A stretch of DNA of 54,273 nucleotides, the filler included, from Dirinaria sp. TL-2023a (Eukaryota), in the NCBI GenBank assembly GCA_051941275.1. It is 3 parts of 3 records of this genome, joined end to end, with 100 filler letters (N's around TTAATTAATTAA, not from the genome) between each part and the next. Parts side by side here need not be neighbours in the genome. Positions count along the whole stretch, not along the records: positions 1 to 18,032 come from JAVEBF010000401.1; 2 more parts are not named here. One strand, given 5' to 3'. Below, one piece after another: positions 1-12,606 of this stretch. A program made the translations under genes and the position numbers. Below the pieces are notes generated by a model. The model was not told where the DNA came from, did not search any database, and worked only from the letters and a program-made list of their open reading frames with translations. Position 1 is the stretch's first letter. Every line of letters starts with the position of its first letter.

Positions 1-30
1 AAGGGGGGAGTGGTTGGTTCAACTTGGTTG

Positions 31-45
31 GTGTGTGTGTGTGTG
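31..45. repeat. (GT)n microsatellite near contig start
   Basis: gtgtgtgtgtgtgtg within a low-complexity contig end. Confidence 0.7.
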
Positions 46-1657
46 AGAGCCCTGAGCCTGAGAGAGGAAAGGAAGGGAAAAGGGAAGAGCAAATTATCCG
101 ACTGGAGCAATGACGGATTATCTCCAGCAATCGCCCTGCCAATTTGATTGGCCTGAACAGCGCGTCTTATCCCATTCCCCGATGGTGATTGGACATGATG
201 ACGAAGTCATACGCATACATCCGGCTTAGCGGCGGCGCTGTATCTGCGTGTCTCCAGCGCTAGGGATCAAGAAGTTTCGATCGAAGGCTTCGATGGAATG
301 TTCCAAGAAGACGCACAGAATCCTCGAAATTTGAGATCGCTGTCAATGCGGCGGAGCAGAATCGGAGTAATAATCAGGCGGCTGGTGGTTGAGCGTGCGG
401 TGCTGTATGTATAGTGTATAAAGTACATAATTCAGAGTAATTCTGTACATATCTACAGCAGATACGGGATCCATCAGGTACGTGTAGACTGTAGGTAAGG
501 TAGGTACTCCTACGCCTGCCGGCTGCAAAACCCACCGTCGTCATAGACTGTCACCTCGGTAGCACAGCGGGTACGACCGCACAAGAAACCAACCCGAGGA
601 CCGTCAGCCGGATCCCAGAGACGTCGGAGACTGGAATCTTGAGTACGACCATCTGGTGAAACCTCAGCAACTTCGACTCTAAGGTAGGTAGTACTTACTA
701 CCTGGTATCTTACCTCTCAAACTGTAGAGAGGCAACTCTTTTCACTGCACCAAAAGGTACTTGAACACGACAAAATGTAGAGTAGTAGAGTAGTAGAGTG
801 GTAGAGTAGTCCCCTTGCCTTAACAACCCATCCGTGCAGTCTATCCATTCTTGAACCTCGGGGATAGAAAATAAGGGAATAGATGCGCATTATCTCCATT
901 CTTTCCATTCAGGTAATTCGAAGCGTTTCATGGTGTGGATGTGTTCGGGCTTTCCAACCTTACATAACCGAGCACGGCCATCCCCTACCTTACCTTGCCT
1001 TACCTTATGTACCTTATAGTACTCCCTGAGTGCTGTCTTAAGGCAAGTCTTACATTAAAGTACCTTACTCTCGACTGCCCCTGTTGAATGACGGACCATC
1101 AATACATACATATTTGAGATAAGATTCCATCCGATCAAAGTGGAATCATCTTCGATTGAGCTGCTGTCACCCTTTCACTTCATACCATTTACATCATCGC
1201 AGTGGTCGACAATCAGTGTCATGAGTCCAAGATGGGGCTTTTTAATGTGCAGTGCGAATTGAGCAGGTACAGTAGAGTGAAGATTTGCATGTGGAATTTT
1301 TGCAACAAGCCTTCTCTTGTCCAACCACCCACCCACACGCCCACCGCACACAAGCTCTATCTATGCCCAGCATGCGCGCATTAGAAATCGATCAAATCAT
1401 GGGGGAAAAACAAAGAAGAAGAAGAAAAAAGAGAGCCTTGCAGAGAAGTTCAAGGCTAGGAGCAGCACGCTGAAATAAATCGACACCGAAAGATCAAACG
1501 CCTCCGCACAATCATTCCTCCGTGCAAGGTAGGGGAGAACTTGCAACGCCACCGTAAATGTGTCGTGTCCAAATCACTTCGCATCCGGCAAGCGCAAGAA
1601 AGACGAGAGCAGGATGCATGACACAGAAAACTTCCCGTTTTCGCCAACGCACCTCAA

Positions 1658-3974
1658 CTACCTCCGCTCTTTTCGCGGTTTTACCGAGAACTCGGCCTTG
1701 ATCGCCAAATGGTCGCTGGGGAAATGCCAATGGGGAAACCCCGGCACTTTGCGCAAGTACTCCTCGTCCACATGACCCAGTACGCCTCGAACCTGTAACA
1801 CATTCGCCGAATACCAGATGTAGTCGATCATGCCCTGGAAATTGGGTGTATAGTTCGTGAACTGGAGCTCCGCGTCTCCAGTGTAAGCGGACTTCATGCT
1901 GAACTGGTGAGCAGTGCCCTCCCTCGTGAAGTTGCCGTATTTGTGGTCCCCAAACTCGCTATGATCGGGGGGAACACTGCCTTCACTGAGGAGCTGATAG
2001 ACACCGGATTCCGCCCCAGAATTGAAGTCTCCACACAAGAGCAAAGGGATCTCCGTGCCTGATGCGTATTCCATTGATGGTGCAGGCGTCGAAGCTCGCT
2101 CCGGAGATGAAGGCTTGGATTCGTCGTCTACTTCGCTATGGCGGAAAGCGGTCTTGTCCGTGCACGGTGGATGCTTCGCCCATTTGTCTGCAAACTTGCC
2201 AATCTGTTCCATGAGAATGGCAACTTGGACAAGTTTGACATCCGCCAACAAAGGATCCCAATGGATATGCGCGTTGGCAACAATGATCCTCGAGCCGGTT
2301 TGACGATTTTCGAAAAAGGCAATAATGGCAATGTTGTCTTTGGGCATTACCCGATTGAAGACGTCATGCTCGCCTTTCATATCAGGTCGGTTGATGGCAA
2401 GGTGCGCAAAGTCAACAACATCTTTGCCGAGGCAGATATATTTACTGCTCTTGTAGAAGGTTGCACAGCCATCGACGAGTCTTGCCTCCCTCTCGGACAT
2501 AGTCTTGGCTCTTGACTTTGGCCAGAACGCACCTTTGTAATCTTTATAGGCCAGCTCCCTCCGGAACAGTTCATTGTAGCTTTCCATATCGACCTCTTGT
2601 AGACAGACGAAATCTGCGTCCGAGTCCTTCACTTCGTCGAGAATCATCGCGCTTCGTCGTTCCCAAGATAGGGCTTGAGAAGGGGTGTAGCCGTACTGGC
2701 TGTGCGTGGCGTATTTATCGCAGAGAATATTGAAGGAGAGGACGGAAATTATTTCCGCTGCAGGGCTGACATCGAGGACGTGCCAAGGTCGAGGAATCGG
2801 AGCGGGACCAGCTAGGGAAGCGTGTCAATATGTGTTTTATATGCCGAAGTTGAACCAAAGACTAAGACAATCGATGCAAAGGGCACTCACCATGGGATTG
2901 CTCTCGCAGATGATTGACTAACGCCTTAGTCCCGTCATTCATCAGTATATTTCTCTGCTCCTCGTCAAGGTGATCATTTCCCTCAATACCCAATAACTCG
3001 AGCTTGAATAAGAGGCCTATCTCTGCCGGTAGCCCACGAATTTGATTATCGAAAAGTAGAAGCTCCTTAAGATTGGAGAGCATACCAATCTCTGGCGGTA
3101 ACGCCAGCAGCTTGTTCCCAGATACATTCAAATGAACTAAATGTCTCAACTGTCCTATAGCAGTGCTTAGGTATGCCAGAGCATTGTGGTCTAAGAAGAG
3201 CCTAGTCAGGAAGCGGTAATCCTCGAATAAGGAGCTAGCGATCATCCGAAGACCCTGGCCGCTCAAGTCTAACGAAGTCCAATGCTGCCGTGTATCGGTG
3301 TTATTGATCATAGCTCGATTGCGCTCTTCGCCATTATTTTCGTCATTGTCTTCGGCAGATTGCTGTGGGCCTTTGGTCATGGCAAGCACGCCATCCTTCT
3401 TAGCATGCACGTGGGGCCCTGCGTTCTGCCTCGCCTCCGCCACAAGTTGCAATTGACGCGCCCAATGCTCAGGAACGCTCTCATCGATTGCCTGCGAATT
3501 TAAGTTCGCAGATCCATTGTGCAAGCCTGTACTCGCGAATTGAGGGGTCGCATTGGACATTGTGCCAGACGAGAAGGTGTGTTGATGCCCCATGGCTCCG
3601 CCATGACCGCCGACGTGGCTTTGATGGTGGTGCTGACTCTGTTGACCATGTTGCTGCTGATGGTTCTGCTGCTGATACTTATGGCTCATGTTCATCTGCA
3701 TATATCCTTGGTGGCCCGCTCCATTCATCATCATGTGCTGTCCTTGTTGGTGTCCTTGATTGTACATGCCGTATGGGTTGTGAGTTGCAGATTGTGACAC
3801 GGGAGAGCGCGAGGGCGAGGGCGTGTCATTGCTATATCCACCTCCTCGGCCGTTATTGACGGGAGAACCATTGCGTGGAAGATGGCGTTGGTGGTGGTTC
3901 TGCTGGTGTTGCTGAGGGTAATAGTACGGACCAGCTCGAGGCTGTTGGAAACGGTATGGGCCACCGTCTGCCAT
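1658..3974 (-). CDS. ccr4: CCR4-NOT deadenylase subunit Ccr4 (Q/H-rich N-terminus, LRRs, EEP nuclease domain); exons 3974-2891 and 2811-1658
   Basis: LRRs (LDLSGQGLR, LNVSGNKL, LLLFDNQI) in ORF 2862-3974. EEP motifs SFNILCDKYA, CLQEV, NAHIHWDP, LCGDFNS, IDYIWY and PSDH in exon 2. Intron 2890-2812 (GTGAGT...CCCTAG) joins the two parts in frame. The extreme C-terminus is uncertain. Confidence 0.95.
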
Positions 3975-4924
3975 TAAATCTGCTTAGGGGTTCCAAGGGA
4001 TCTCTGGATGAGTTTTTCTCACAGTCTGTAAGTATATTCGTTGTATGTCGCGCCCAATAATAATCGATACTAGTCAAATGGTATCCTGACGGCCTTAGCT
4101 CGTTCATAGGTCGGCATTGGCTTTAATGCGACGAGCCTCTGGAACCTCGAGAATGGATTTGATAGGCAGGAGACTTCCGTGATCGATTCATAAATGGCTA
4201 GCCTCTTGTGCCTTTTAAAGACGCAGGTGGGATGATTTTGGTCGGCTTCTTTATTCAGGCTGTACTGGCTTGTAGCAGACAAGCTTGTACTCGATGCAGG
4301 AGTATTCAAGGCAATTACTTGTATTACTATAGGCAGCAATGAATTAGTCCTCTGAGCTTTCGCGAAAGCTTTGCTTTGAATGCGCAGAAACGAAGGGATG
4401 CGTAATTCTGTATACTTACATGCCACCTTACTCAGCTTAGATCGATATGGGCTTGTTCCGAGAACACAAGAACCACAAGAAAATATCAATGAAAGAAAGA
4501 ATTGGCGCCTGCAGATGTCACTAAATGTTGTGATGTGCTGTCTCTGTGCCTAACACTCTACAAACTTACTTCGGCAGTGTCGACAACAGATTATATCTAG
4601 GACGCGTCCTTCACGTAATATATTCGTAATCTCTGTATCGACATTAACAGCCTGTGACTGTCCGAGATATGAACTTGCCTTGATAGGTATTAATGGTAGC
4701 AGAGCTACCTGCCCTTCTATGAATTGTGCCATGAAAGTAAGGTAGTTCTTGATCAAGCGTAATGTGTCATGTGCTCTGTTGATTAACCAATCTGGCACCA
4801 CAAACTATACCATCAAGGAAGAGTAGGTTGCAGAGATCAAAGTACAATCCCAGTACGAGTCGCATGTCTCTGCCATTCATATCTACGTTCTGCCTTTGCT
4901 GAAATATATATCATCGAGTTATCC

Positions 4925-7585
4925 ATGACTTCAGAAGGGGTGCTCAATACGCCAAATCTGCAAAGTCGGCATAGTGAAGAATGGGAAAATTGGATGAGAT
5001 GGGATGGCCCTAATGATGCACAGAACGCTTCACGGGATTTAGATGAGCCATCTGCCAGGAGGTTTTCCTCGGGATCTCGAAAACGCAAAAATTCAAGCTG
5101 CAGCGATCATGAGCCTGCCGTGTCACCGGATCAGCAAGAGTCAAAAGATCCACCTTTGAAGAGAAGCCACAATATTGTGGAGAGACGGTACCGTACGAAC
5201 ATCAATGACAAGATTGCTGCTCTTAGAGACAGCGTTCCCAGCCTACGGGATGCAAAGGATTCAAGGCCTCGTTCAATCCATAGTGATTCGCAGCCCATTC
5301 AGAAGCTCAATAAAGGTACAGTGTTATCTACCGCTGTGGAGTATATCCGAAATCTCGAAAAGGACAATCGACGTCTGGAGCTCGAAATCAGCCACTTGCG
5401 AGCCCGCTTACGCGCAGCGGAGCAAGGAAACCAAGAACCTGATGCCTCTAAAATGGCTGTCAATGTTGGCTCCGCTGTCACATCTCCCAACGAATCTCAA
5501 ACCTCTGCTTGTGTATCTACAGGTTCTTCAATGTGGACCAATCCTGCTCAGGGGATGATTGAAGTACCAGAAGACATGCGAAGGCTCCGTACTGCCACAA
5601 TGCAGGCCCAGTATGCCGAGTCATCGTATATGGATCCGTGCAGCGCTGAATCAGATGATCACAGCGCGGAGAATATCGGCGAGAATAGCGGGCGACGGGC
5701 AAAGTTCTTAGGCAAAGTCATGATTGGCTCATTTGCTGGCCTAATGATAATGCAGAACTTTGGCGATACAGAGACGGAACGGAAAGAGCACAGGAAAAGG
5801 AGCCTTTCTGCCACTTCAAATCACCTTCGACGGTCAATTATCTCTTATAAGGCTTCTCTGCGCGGCCGACATCTTGCAGCGAACCATTCACACTTGTTGT
5901 TCGCTTTGCTTAAAATCTCTGTAGTACTGTTCATATTAGCTTTTGGGATTTTCCTGTACGCATTCTGCTCCAAGCCCAAAACACGAAAGCAGTCCCACAA
6001 GCCTACTTCAACGCCGTCTCTGGCATCACCGCTGGAACTACGCCGCAACGCTTGGCTAACCGCTATTCAAACGGTCCGAGTTCCAAGGCACAATTTATTC
6101 CCCGAGTGGGGCGCTGTGAATTTGGAGGCACTTCAATATGTCCTTAGGCAGGCCATAGGCTGGCGTGGTTACGCTTGGTTGACGGGGCAGAGCGAGGATG
6201 ACGAGGTTGCCAGAGTGAGAGCTTGGGATATTGCCATCGACGCACAGCTCATGGGCGGCGACGCTGAAATCAGTGGAAGTCGACTGGTGCTAACGATTCT
6301 TGCCTCGGGAACGCTTCCTACAACGCCAGGACGTCTGATGCTGAAGGCCATACATATACGCATCCTGCTATGGAAGGCTTCAAGGCCTGGAAAAGGCTCC
6401 TTATGGTCGGTAGTGCACAAGGTGGCTGCGCTGCTCGCCGATCAGCAGTGGCGGCTCGCCAAGAACCTACAAAAAGGGGGAGTGGTGAAAACAGAACAGC
6501 CTCCTTATGAGATGGACAGCCTGCCAGAGCACCTAGCAGCGCTTCTACAACTCGGCTGCTACGAAGTTCTGACTGATCCCATCATCCAGCGAGCTCATAA
6601 TCTGGCTTGGAGCAGGCCGACCAGAGAGGATGTTCATGGCACACATGATGAGATGGATCTAGTCGTTGACGACTCAACCATACGCTCTCCACACGACGCC
6701 CTTTGTGCCTGGCTTTCGAGTACTACGCTCCAGAAAGCATTGTTTACAAGCTTAGGGACTACTGAGGATGACTCTTCAGAGTGGAATTTTGGCGTCGCCC
6801 TGCACACTGCTCCTCCAGCATCAATTGCGCAAGCCAGGGCTTTAGCCGCCAATGCAGTTTTTGTGGAGAAGAACCATCAAAGTGCTCTGAAGATGCTCCT
6901 CGAAGACTTTGTCCCTAAAGACGCTACGAAGAAAGACCTAGCTGCGCAGATCATTTCGGGCAGTACTGCGTTCATTGACTCATCGTTGCCAAAGGCCGTT
7001 TGCCATGACGTCGGGTTGGTGACCCACTGCGCCTTGGCTTTGGAAGCCCTCAAGGATCTTCGTGAGGAACGCCAGGATTTAAATCAAGCTCTGCAAGCCG
7101 TGACCGCCGGCTACAGCGACGCCGCAGAGCTGACATGGTTAAGCTTCGCAACAGCTTACCACGTAATTCGTTCGATCATCCCCGACGAAACGCTGCACAA
7201 GCGGTACAGGGGAGAGATCTCCCGGTTGAGTTGGCGACTGCTGATGTGGCTGGAGGAGACGGAGAGCTCTGAAACCGGCCTCGAGAGGTCCACAGAGACC
7301 GAGATCGAGGCTTTGCTGAGTAAAAACGTCTATGTCAACAACGATGATCCGGAACAGTCGCCGCTGCCTTCTGACGAGCCAAAAGCGGACACAGCAACGC
7401 CAGTAGCCGCTCGTGCAAGCAACCATACTCCGACGCCCCATCTAACGACTAAGACCAGTACCTACATAGCTGGATCGAGCGAAGCACCTATGCCTTCGGA
7501 GCCATCCTCTCATACAGTCAAACCGCCTGACAGGAGGTTCTCGCGCAGCTCGATAGATTCAGGGTATTACAGTATCGGGCGATGA
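4925..7585 (+). CDS. SREBP-family membrane-bound bHLH transcription factor (SrbA/Sre1-like) with DUF2014-type C-terminal region
   Basis: 886-aa ORF. The bHLH RSHNIVERRYRTNINDKI has the SREBP-diagnostic Tyr, followed by a zipper and hydrophobic segments (KVMIGSFAGLMIM; LLFALLKISVVLFILAFGIFLYAF). The SPLELRRNAWLTAIQTV and AWDIAIDAQLMGGD blocks are typical of Pezizomycotina SrbA. Confidence 0.88.
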   Translation: MTSEGVLNTPNLQSRHSEEWENWMRWDGPNDAQNASRDLDEPSARRFSSGSRKRKNSSCSDHEPAVSPDQQESKDPPLKRSHNIVERRYRTNINDKIAALRDSVPSLRDAKDSRPRSIHSDSQPIQKLNKGTVLSTAVEYIRNLEKDNRRLELEISHLRARLRAAEQGNQEPDASKMAVNVGSAVTSPNESQTSACVSTGSSMWTNPAQGMIEVPEDMRRLRTATMQAQYAESSYMDPCSAESDDHSAENIGENSGRRAKFLGKVMIGSFAGLMIMQNFGDTETERKEHRKRSLSATSNHLRRSIISYKASLRGRHLAANHSHLLFALLKISVVLFILAFGIFLYAFCSKPKTRKQSHKPTSTPSLASPLELRRNAWLTAIQTVRVPRHNLFPEWGAVNLEALQYVLRQAIGWRGYAWLTGQSEDDEVARVRAWDIAIDAQLMGGDAEISGSRLVLTILASGTLPTTPGRLMLKAIHIRILLWKASRPGKGSLWSVVHKVAALLADQQWRLAKNLQKGGVVKTEQPPYEMDSLPEHLAALLQLGCYEVLTDPIIQRAHNLAWSRPTREDVHGTHDEMDLVVDDSTIRSPHDALCAWLSSTTLQKALFTSLGTTEDDSSEWNFGVALHTAPPASIAQARALAANAVFVEKNHQSALKMLLEDFVPKDATKKDLAAQIISGSTAFIDSSLPKAVCHDVGLVTHCALALEALKDLREERQDLNQALQAVTAGYSDAAELTWLSFATAYHVIRSIIPDETLHKRYRGEISRLSWRLLMWLEETESSETGLERSTETEIEALLSKNVYVNNDDPEQSPLPSDEPKADTATPVAARASNHTPTPHLTTKTSTYIAGSSEAPMPSEPSSHTVKPPDRRFSRSSIDSGYYSIGR

Positions 7586-8310
7586 GCAATAATATCCCAG
7601 CTCGAAACTAACCAGAGCAAAGGGGAGGGGGCGCAACAAGGGCACGAATTTTTATTTTTATTTTTATTTTTATTTTTTTTTTCTTTCTATTTTTCAATTT
7701 TCAATATTCGATTTTTAACCAAGCATAGCGGGGCTGGAACAGAGAGTACTCGTACGCAAACGGCTGGGAAATAATGAGACAGAAGAGTAACATGTACATG
7801 TACATATAGCTACCAGCGCTTAGATATAGCGTGAGTGGAATTGAATGACAGATTTCATGCGATCCTCTGGAAAAAAGGTGTAGTAGTAGTAGCCCACGCA
7901 AGATCAGCAAAGAAACGAAAACTGCCATCTCTAAAAGATTTCGCGAGAGAGAGGGATCGCACGATGTAGAATTGAAAAAAAGCGGCCTAATCCTGGATTT
8001 CACCGATTGGAATCAATTTTTTAGATTGAATTTGGGGGTTGGGAGGGAACGTTATAAAGTATTTTGGGGAGCAACACCCTTCTTAAACCATTCTTCCGTG
8101 TAGACGTAATTTAGAATAATGAAAAGGCGTGGAAGGGTTTTCGAGAAGAGAAAAGGGAGAGAGAAAAAAAATAAAATGGTGCATCCATTGGCTTTTTCAT
8201 TCTTAATTTCTCTACTAGAAACCGAGTGCATGCTACCCCCAATCTTTCCCCCTTTCTCCTTCCTCGGTCCATCCCATTCTCACGCAAACATCTCTGCTCG
8301 AATTCATGAT

Positions 8311-10275
8311 TTACCTTCCTGAGACATCTCGCTCGGCCGGAGGCTCCAGTTCTCCGTGCTTGATCTTCCATCCATCCCTCTTCAACCCCTTCCACACCTC
8401 CCCAACCTTAAGTCTGACCAAGTCCCCCGCACTCCTCGCATCCTCGGCACTATCATGGCCCTTCCCCCCCTCTGCAACCTGCACGTCCCGGTCCAGATGT
8501 TTCTTCATCAGGAATTTCAGCCCGAAGCGCATCGGCAGCCCTCGGGGATGGGGGTACAGGAGGCACGTGTCGACGATGCAAGGGTGGATGATGCGGGTGG
8601 CGTTGAGATCGTTCTCGAGCGCGTGGCCGATCAGGGGCGTCGTGGTGGAGATGAGGTCGAAGAGTTGGGAGCGGGCGACGGCGGGCGAGGAGGCGAATGC
8701 TGGAGCCGGTGGTGGAGTTGTTGCTGTTGCGGTAGGCGTAGATCGTGGCCTGTCTGGAGAGAAGAACAGCGCCGCGGATGTGAAATCGGAAGGCCACACA
8801 CCGGAAAAGCGGGAATTGAGGTCTAGGATCTCGCCCAAGGGCCGCACCAGGGTGTCGAGGATGGTGGAGCCTGAAGGCCAGCACGTGACCGTCAACCGGA
8901 TAAGTTCCATGCCGTACGTCGTGTAGCCCATCTCACAGTCAAAGCACACGGCGCTGGGCTTGTCTGCCAGCTTTGGGTTCGTAGGGGTTTCTTCAAATGG
9001 CATTACGAGAGCTAATCGCTTGGGATCCGAGATCTTGAAGACATGCGTATCCGCGGTCGTGCACCCTACGGACGTACCCACTGTCTCGTTGCAACAGGCA
9101 TACACCGAGTCTCTGGGACCTTGATCTGCTTTGTCGCGCGGCGGTGGCCGGCGTGGTTTCGCCCAGTGGTACCGACACTTGCCGCCGGTTGTCAAAGCGC
9201 CGTCTTCGGTTCGTCTACCAGGGAAGACTTGGAAGCGCGTGCGGCAGCGATCGCATTGTTCCCAATTCTGGGAGGCTTCGACGCCGTTTCGGGCATTGTC
9301 AAGCTCGGCAGCGCTGGGTTGGGCGGTCACGTATCCGTGCTTTGGCAGGTCGTCCTGCTTGGCTTCGAGTTTTTGGAGGACAGCGATTTCTCCACTGGGA
9401 GACAGACCGGTGTCGATAGACTTTGGCGCTTGGGGTTTTACGAAGGCGGCTTTTCCTAGTTCAATTTCTGTAGCTTTTAGACGCTCTTCTTTCCATACCG
9501 GCAATTTCATCCGCTTCAGTGCGCCTATTCGCAATTTGATAACGTTAGTGTAAATCGACGGATTTGCCTTTGCAAGCTTTTCTTCTTCGTCCAGCACTGC
9601 TTTGATAAGCTCCTGTGGAGATAACTCTAGGGCTACTTTAGAGGCATCGTCGCTTGCTTTGACTTCTTCGTTCAACCGGATCATTTGCTCGTGCATCATA
9701 GTGACCAGTTTGAGGCGAATATTGTGTGCTGCGGGTGGATTTGGGAGCATGCGAGGGTTCAGCGACTCTGCTACCAGGCTCTTCACTGGTTTTATAGGCG
9801 CTGCAGCACGGGGTTCTGCATTTTTCTGTTCTTGCGGTCTAACTGCATTGGGAGCAGGCCTTGGATCTTTCAAATTCCCTTTGAAACCTCGCAGAGGAGG
9901 TGGTGATATGGAACGTGATTTGGTAGCAAGCGATGATTCGACAACTGTCTCAGATTCTTCATTCGGTATTGTAGAGCGGTTCAAGAGCGGTTCTGACGGT
10001 TGAATGTGAGTCCGAGAAAGAGCAGGTTTGGAGACCCCATCCTCAGCGGGTCCAACGGCTCCAACTGTCGAGCCTTTGGGTACTGAGATTTTCCGTCTCT
10101 TGCGCGGGCCGTTCTCTTTCTCTAAATCACTGAACTCGTGACTTGGCTTTGGTGCCGCCGTCCTCCCGCCGTCATTGCTTGATGACTTTTGGTGTGCGAA
10201 TACGCAACAGGGTATGGAGCAACTAACACCTTCCGGACAGTCGACTTGTTTGAAGAGACCCAAAGAAGAAAACAT
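8311..10275 (-). CDS. rex3: RNA exonuclease 3 (DEDDh family)
   Basis: N-terminal CPEGVSCSIPCCVFAH, central CDRC/CRYHW/CC zinc-like region, and exonuclease motifs FDCEMGYT, LIGHALENDL, VDT and HDSAEDA. Start taken at MFSSLGLFK; an in-frame ATG at 10308 is an alternative. Confidence 0.92.
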   Translation of the reverse strand: MFSSLGLFKQVDCPEGVSCSIPCCVFAHQKSSSNDGGRTAAPKPSHEFSDLEKENGPRKRRKISVPKGSTVGAVGPAEDGVSKPALSRTHIQPSEPLLNRSTIPNEESETVVESSLATKSRSISPPPLRGFKGNLKDPRPAPNAVRPQEQKNAEPRAAAPIKPVKSLVAESLNPRMLPNPPAAHNIRLKLVTMMHEQMIRLNEEVKASDDASKVALELSPQELIKAVLDEEEKLAKANPSIYTNVIKLRIGALKRMKLPVWKEERLKATEIELGKAAFVKPQAPKSIDTGLSPSGEIAVLQKLEAKQDDLPKHGYVTAQPSAAELDNARNGVEASQNWEQCDRCRTRFQVFPGRRTEDGALTTGGKCRYHWAKPRRPPPRDKADQGPRDSVYACCNETVGTSVGCTTADTHVFKISDPKRLALVMPFEETPTNPKLADKPSAVCFDCEMGYTTYGMELIRLTVTCWPSGSTILDTLVRPLGEILDLNSRFSGVWPSDFTSAALFFSPDRPRSTPTATATTPPPAPAFASSPAVARSQLFDLISTTTPLIGHALENDLNATRIIHPCIVDTCLLYPHPRGLPMRFGLKFLMKKHLDRDVQVAEGGKGHDSAEDARSAGDLVRLKVGEVWKGLKRDGWKIKHGELEPPAERDVSGR

Positions 10276-11188
10276 AATGGAAAGTCCAGAGATGGGGCCT
10301 ATGAACATTTCTTTGTATGCATTGATACCTTAATTCCCCGAATCTAAAGGCATCCAATGTATTGATCATATGAAGTCCTGGACGATTCCAATAGTGTGGT
10401 TAATTTTGCTGTGAAGTCATGCCTGGTGGTGTGCTGAGTGCTTGTCAGGTTATTGACCTCGGGATGAGGAAGAAGAGCAAGTGAGCAGAGGTATAATGGA
10501 ATAAGTACATTAAGTCATCGACGAACAGTAACACTCAAAGTCAATAGCAATAGCGAGGGTAATGAATGTTGATCAGCAAATTCTGGACAGAAGCTCCTGC
10601 CGTACCTTATCAGCGCAAGGCAACATACATGTGTTGCCTTGAATAGCGATGGTGGGAGAGAGTCAGAAGCTTTCAAGTGGCGTCGAGAACTTGGACGTTG
10701 AAGCATTTAGGTAAGCGTGCCTGAATGGGGAAGGTACTCGTACAGGTACGAATAATGTTCGGGGACCTATACCTTACTTACGTTACGGAGGAGTAGGATG
10801 ATCAGTGCCACCAGTGGCACCATCTGAAGTCGCCTAGAGGACCACCCAGCTTTGTTGCTTAGAGACTTCCATGATGTGCTACCGAAAGCCCACCCCGCTC
10901 ACCAAAGTACCCCTAACGGTTCCCCCCCTCAGCTCACACTTGGCACCTAACTCACTAGCTAAACTGAGGTAGCAGTACCGTAGGGCTGCGGGAACGTCAG
11001 TCATCAGACCCCTAGTAAAGATAACAGTAAGGTACCTAGTAACTTTAGGCTCGGTAGGCCAGATCTCACGCGATGCTGCGTCACGATGGGAATCTTGCCA
11101 CTTGATCAACTTTCATACTGGTTTCCGCTCGACTGCGTTTTCCCCTTTCCCGGCCAATTTTTCTGCTCAATCTGAGTGCATTACTACG

Positions 11189-12606
11189 ATGGAAGAAGCT
11201 GAGCGAACAACAGAAAGTTCAAGGTCCCAAGCAAGTCATCTTTGCGTGCTTATTCACGGGTAAACAGACTTACTTGAGCTTCCGGAGCGCAACGACTGAT
11301 CGGAATATCTAGACTATGGGGAAACCCCAATCATCTTGCCTACATGTCGTCTGCACTGAGGCAGAAATTTCCTGAAGATAGGCTCCACATCCTCGTCGCA
11401 ACACACAATTCCGGCAACTTCACCTACGATGGGATCGAAACAGGCGCTGAACGCGTCACTCAAGAGATCGAGGAACACATCGCAAGTCTTGAGAAGGAAG
11501 GCTCGCGGATAGCAAGACTCAGCATGTTTGGATACTCACTCGGCGGTTTACTCGCCAGATACTCGATAGGGTTGATGTACTCGAACGGCTGGTTCGACCG
11601 AATAGAGCCCGTCAACTTTACAACATCCGCAACCCCCCATTTAGGCGTCCGAACCCCGATCTTGGGAGTGCACAGTCGCTTATGGAACGTTCTTGGATCT
11701 CGAACGCTATCAACGTCCGGTCGCCAGCTCTTCTCCATCGACACCTTTCGCGACACTGGGCGCCCGCTACTCTCGGTCCTTTCTGATCCTCACAGCATCT
11801 TCATGAAAGCATTATCTCTCTTCAAGCACCGAGTACTCTACGCCAACATCATAAATGACCGCTCGGCTCCATACTACACTTCCTACATCACTAAAGTCGA
11901 TCCCTATACCGACCTCTCGGCTATCGACATTCATTATATAAAAGGATACGATCCAATTGTAGCAGACCCCATCGATCCTGTATCCAGGAAACCTCCTGAT
12001 CCATCGCAAACATTTTGGTCTCGCATAGCAGGTAACAGTCAGAACATCCTCACGCACGTCCCAATTATGGCCGCCTTTGTAGTCCTAATACCCATCGGCT
12101 CCGTCCTCTTCCTCGTCAATTCAGGAATACAGTCAATACGTAGCCAAAAGCGCATCAAGCTTCACGAATCAGGCCAAGCAGGTGTTGGCCTGGGTAATTA
12201 CCGTATACCTCTGATGGTAGAAAATGCTCGCAGTGCGGTTGAAGGCACGATCAGTAGCATGAATGGCGCTCAGCAACGAAAGACTCTACCCGCTGGCGTG
12301 GATAAAGACCCAAATCCACAGTCCTATAGTGCAAGCGAGAAACTGGAAGGTAACGTCGAAGTGGAAAGCGTATCCAGACGGAGATCCTCGTCTATCGAGC
12401 CCAGGTTCCCGGTATTGAACCTATCTAGTGAGCAATTTACGATGGTAGACAACCTCGACGAGATTGGATGGCGGAAATACGCTGTCCACATTCCCAAGGT
12501 TAGACATACCCATGCAGCGATCATTGTGCGATCCATGTCTCGCAAGTCCTTTAAAGACGGCAAACGCGTCGTTGATCACTGGCTCGAGGAAGAATTCGAA
12601 ATATAG
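11189..12606 (+). CDS. DUF676 putative serine esterase/lipase; exons 11189-11259 and 11313-12606
   Basis: Splicing intron 11260-11312 (GTAAAC...TCTAG) gives HLCVLIHGLWGNP. Further motifs: TYDGIE, nucleophile elbow GYSLGG, TPHLG, LYANIINDR and C-terminal HTHAAIIVR. Confidence 0.9.

Noticed and set aside
8306..8926. Long antisense or alternative-frame ORFs over rex3 (also over tea1, kog1 and the DUF3328 gene)
   Set aside because: Expected by-products of GC-rich coding sequence; no independent motifs.
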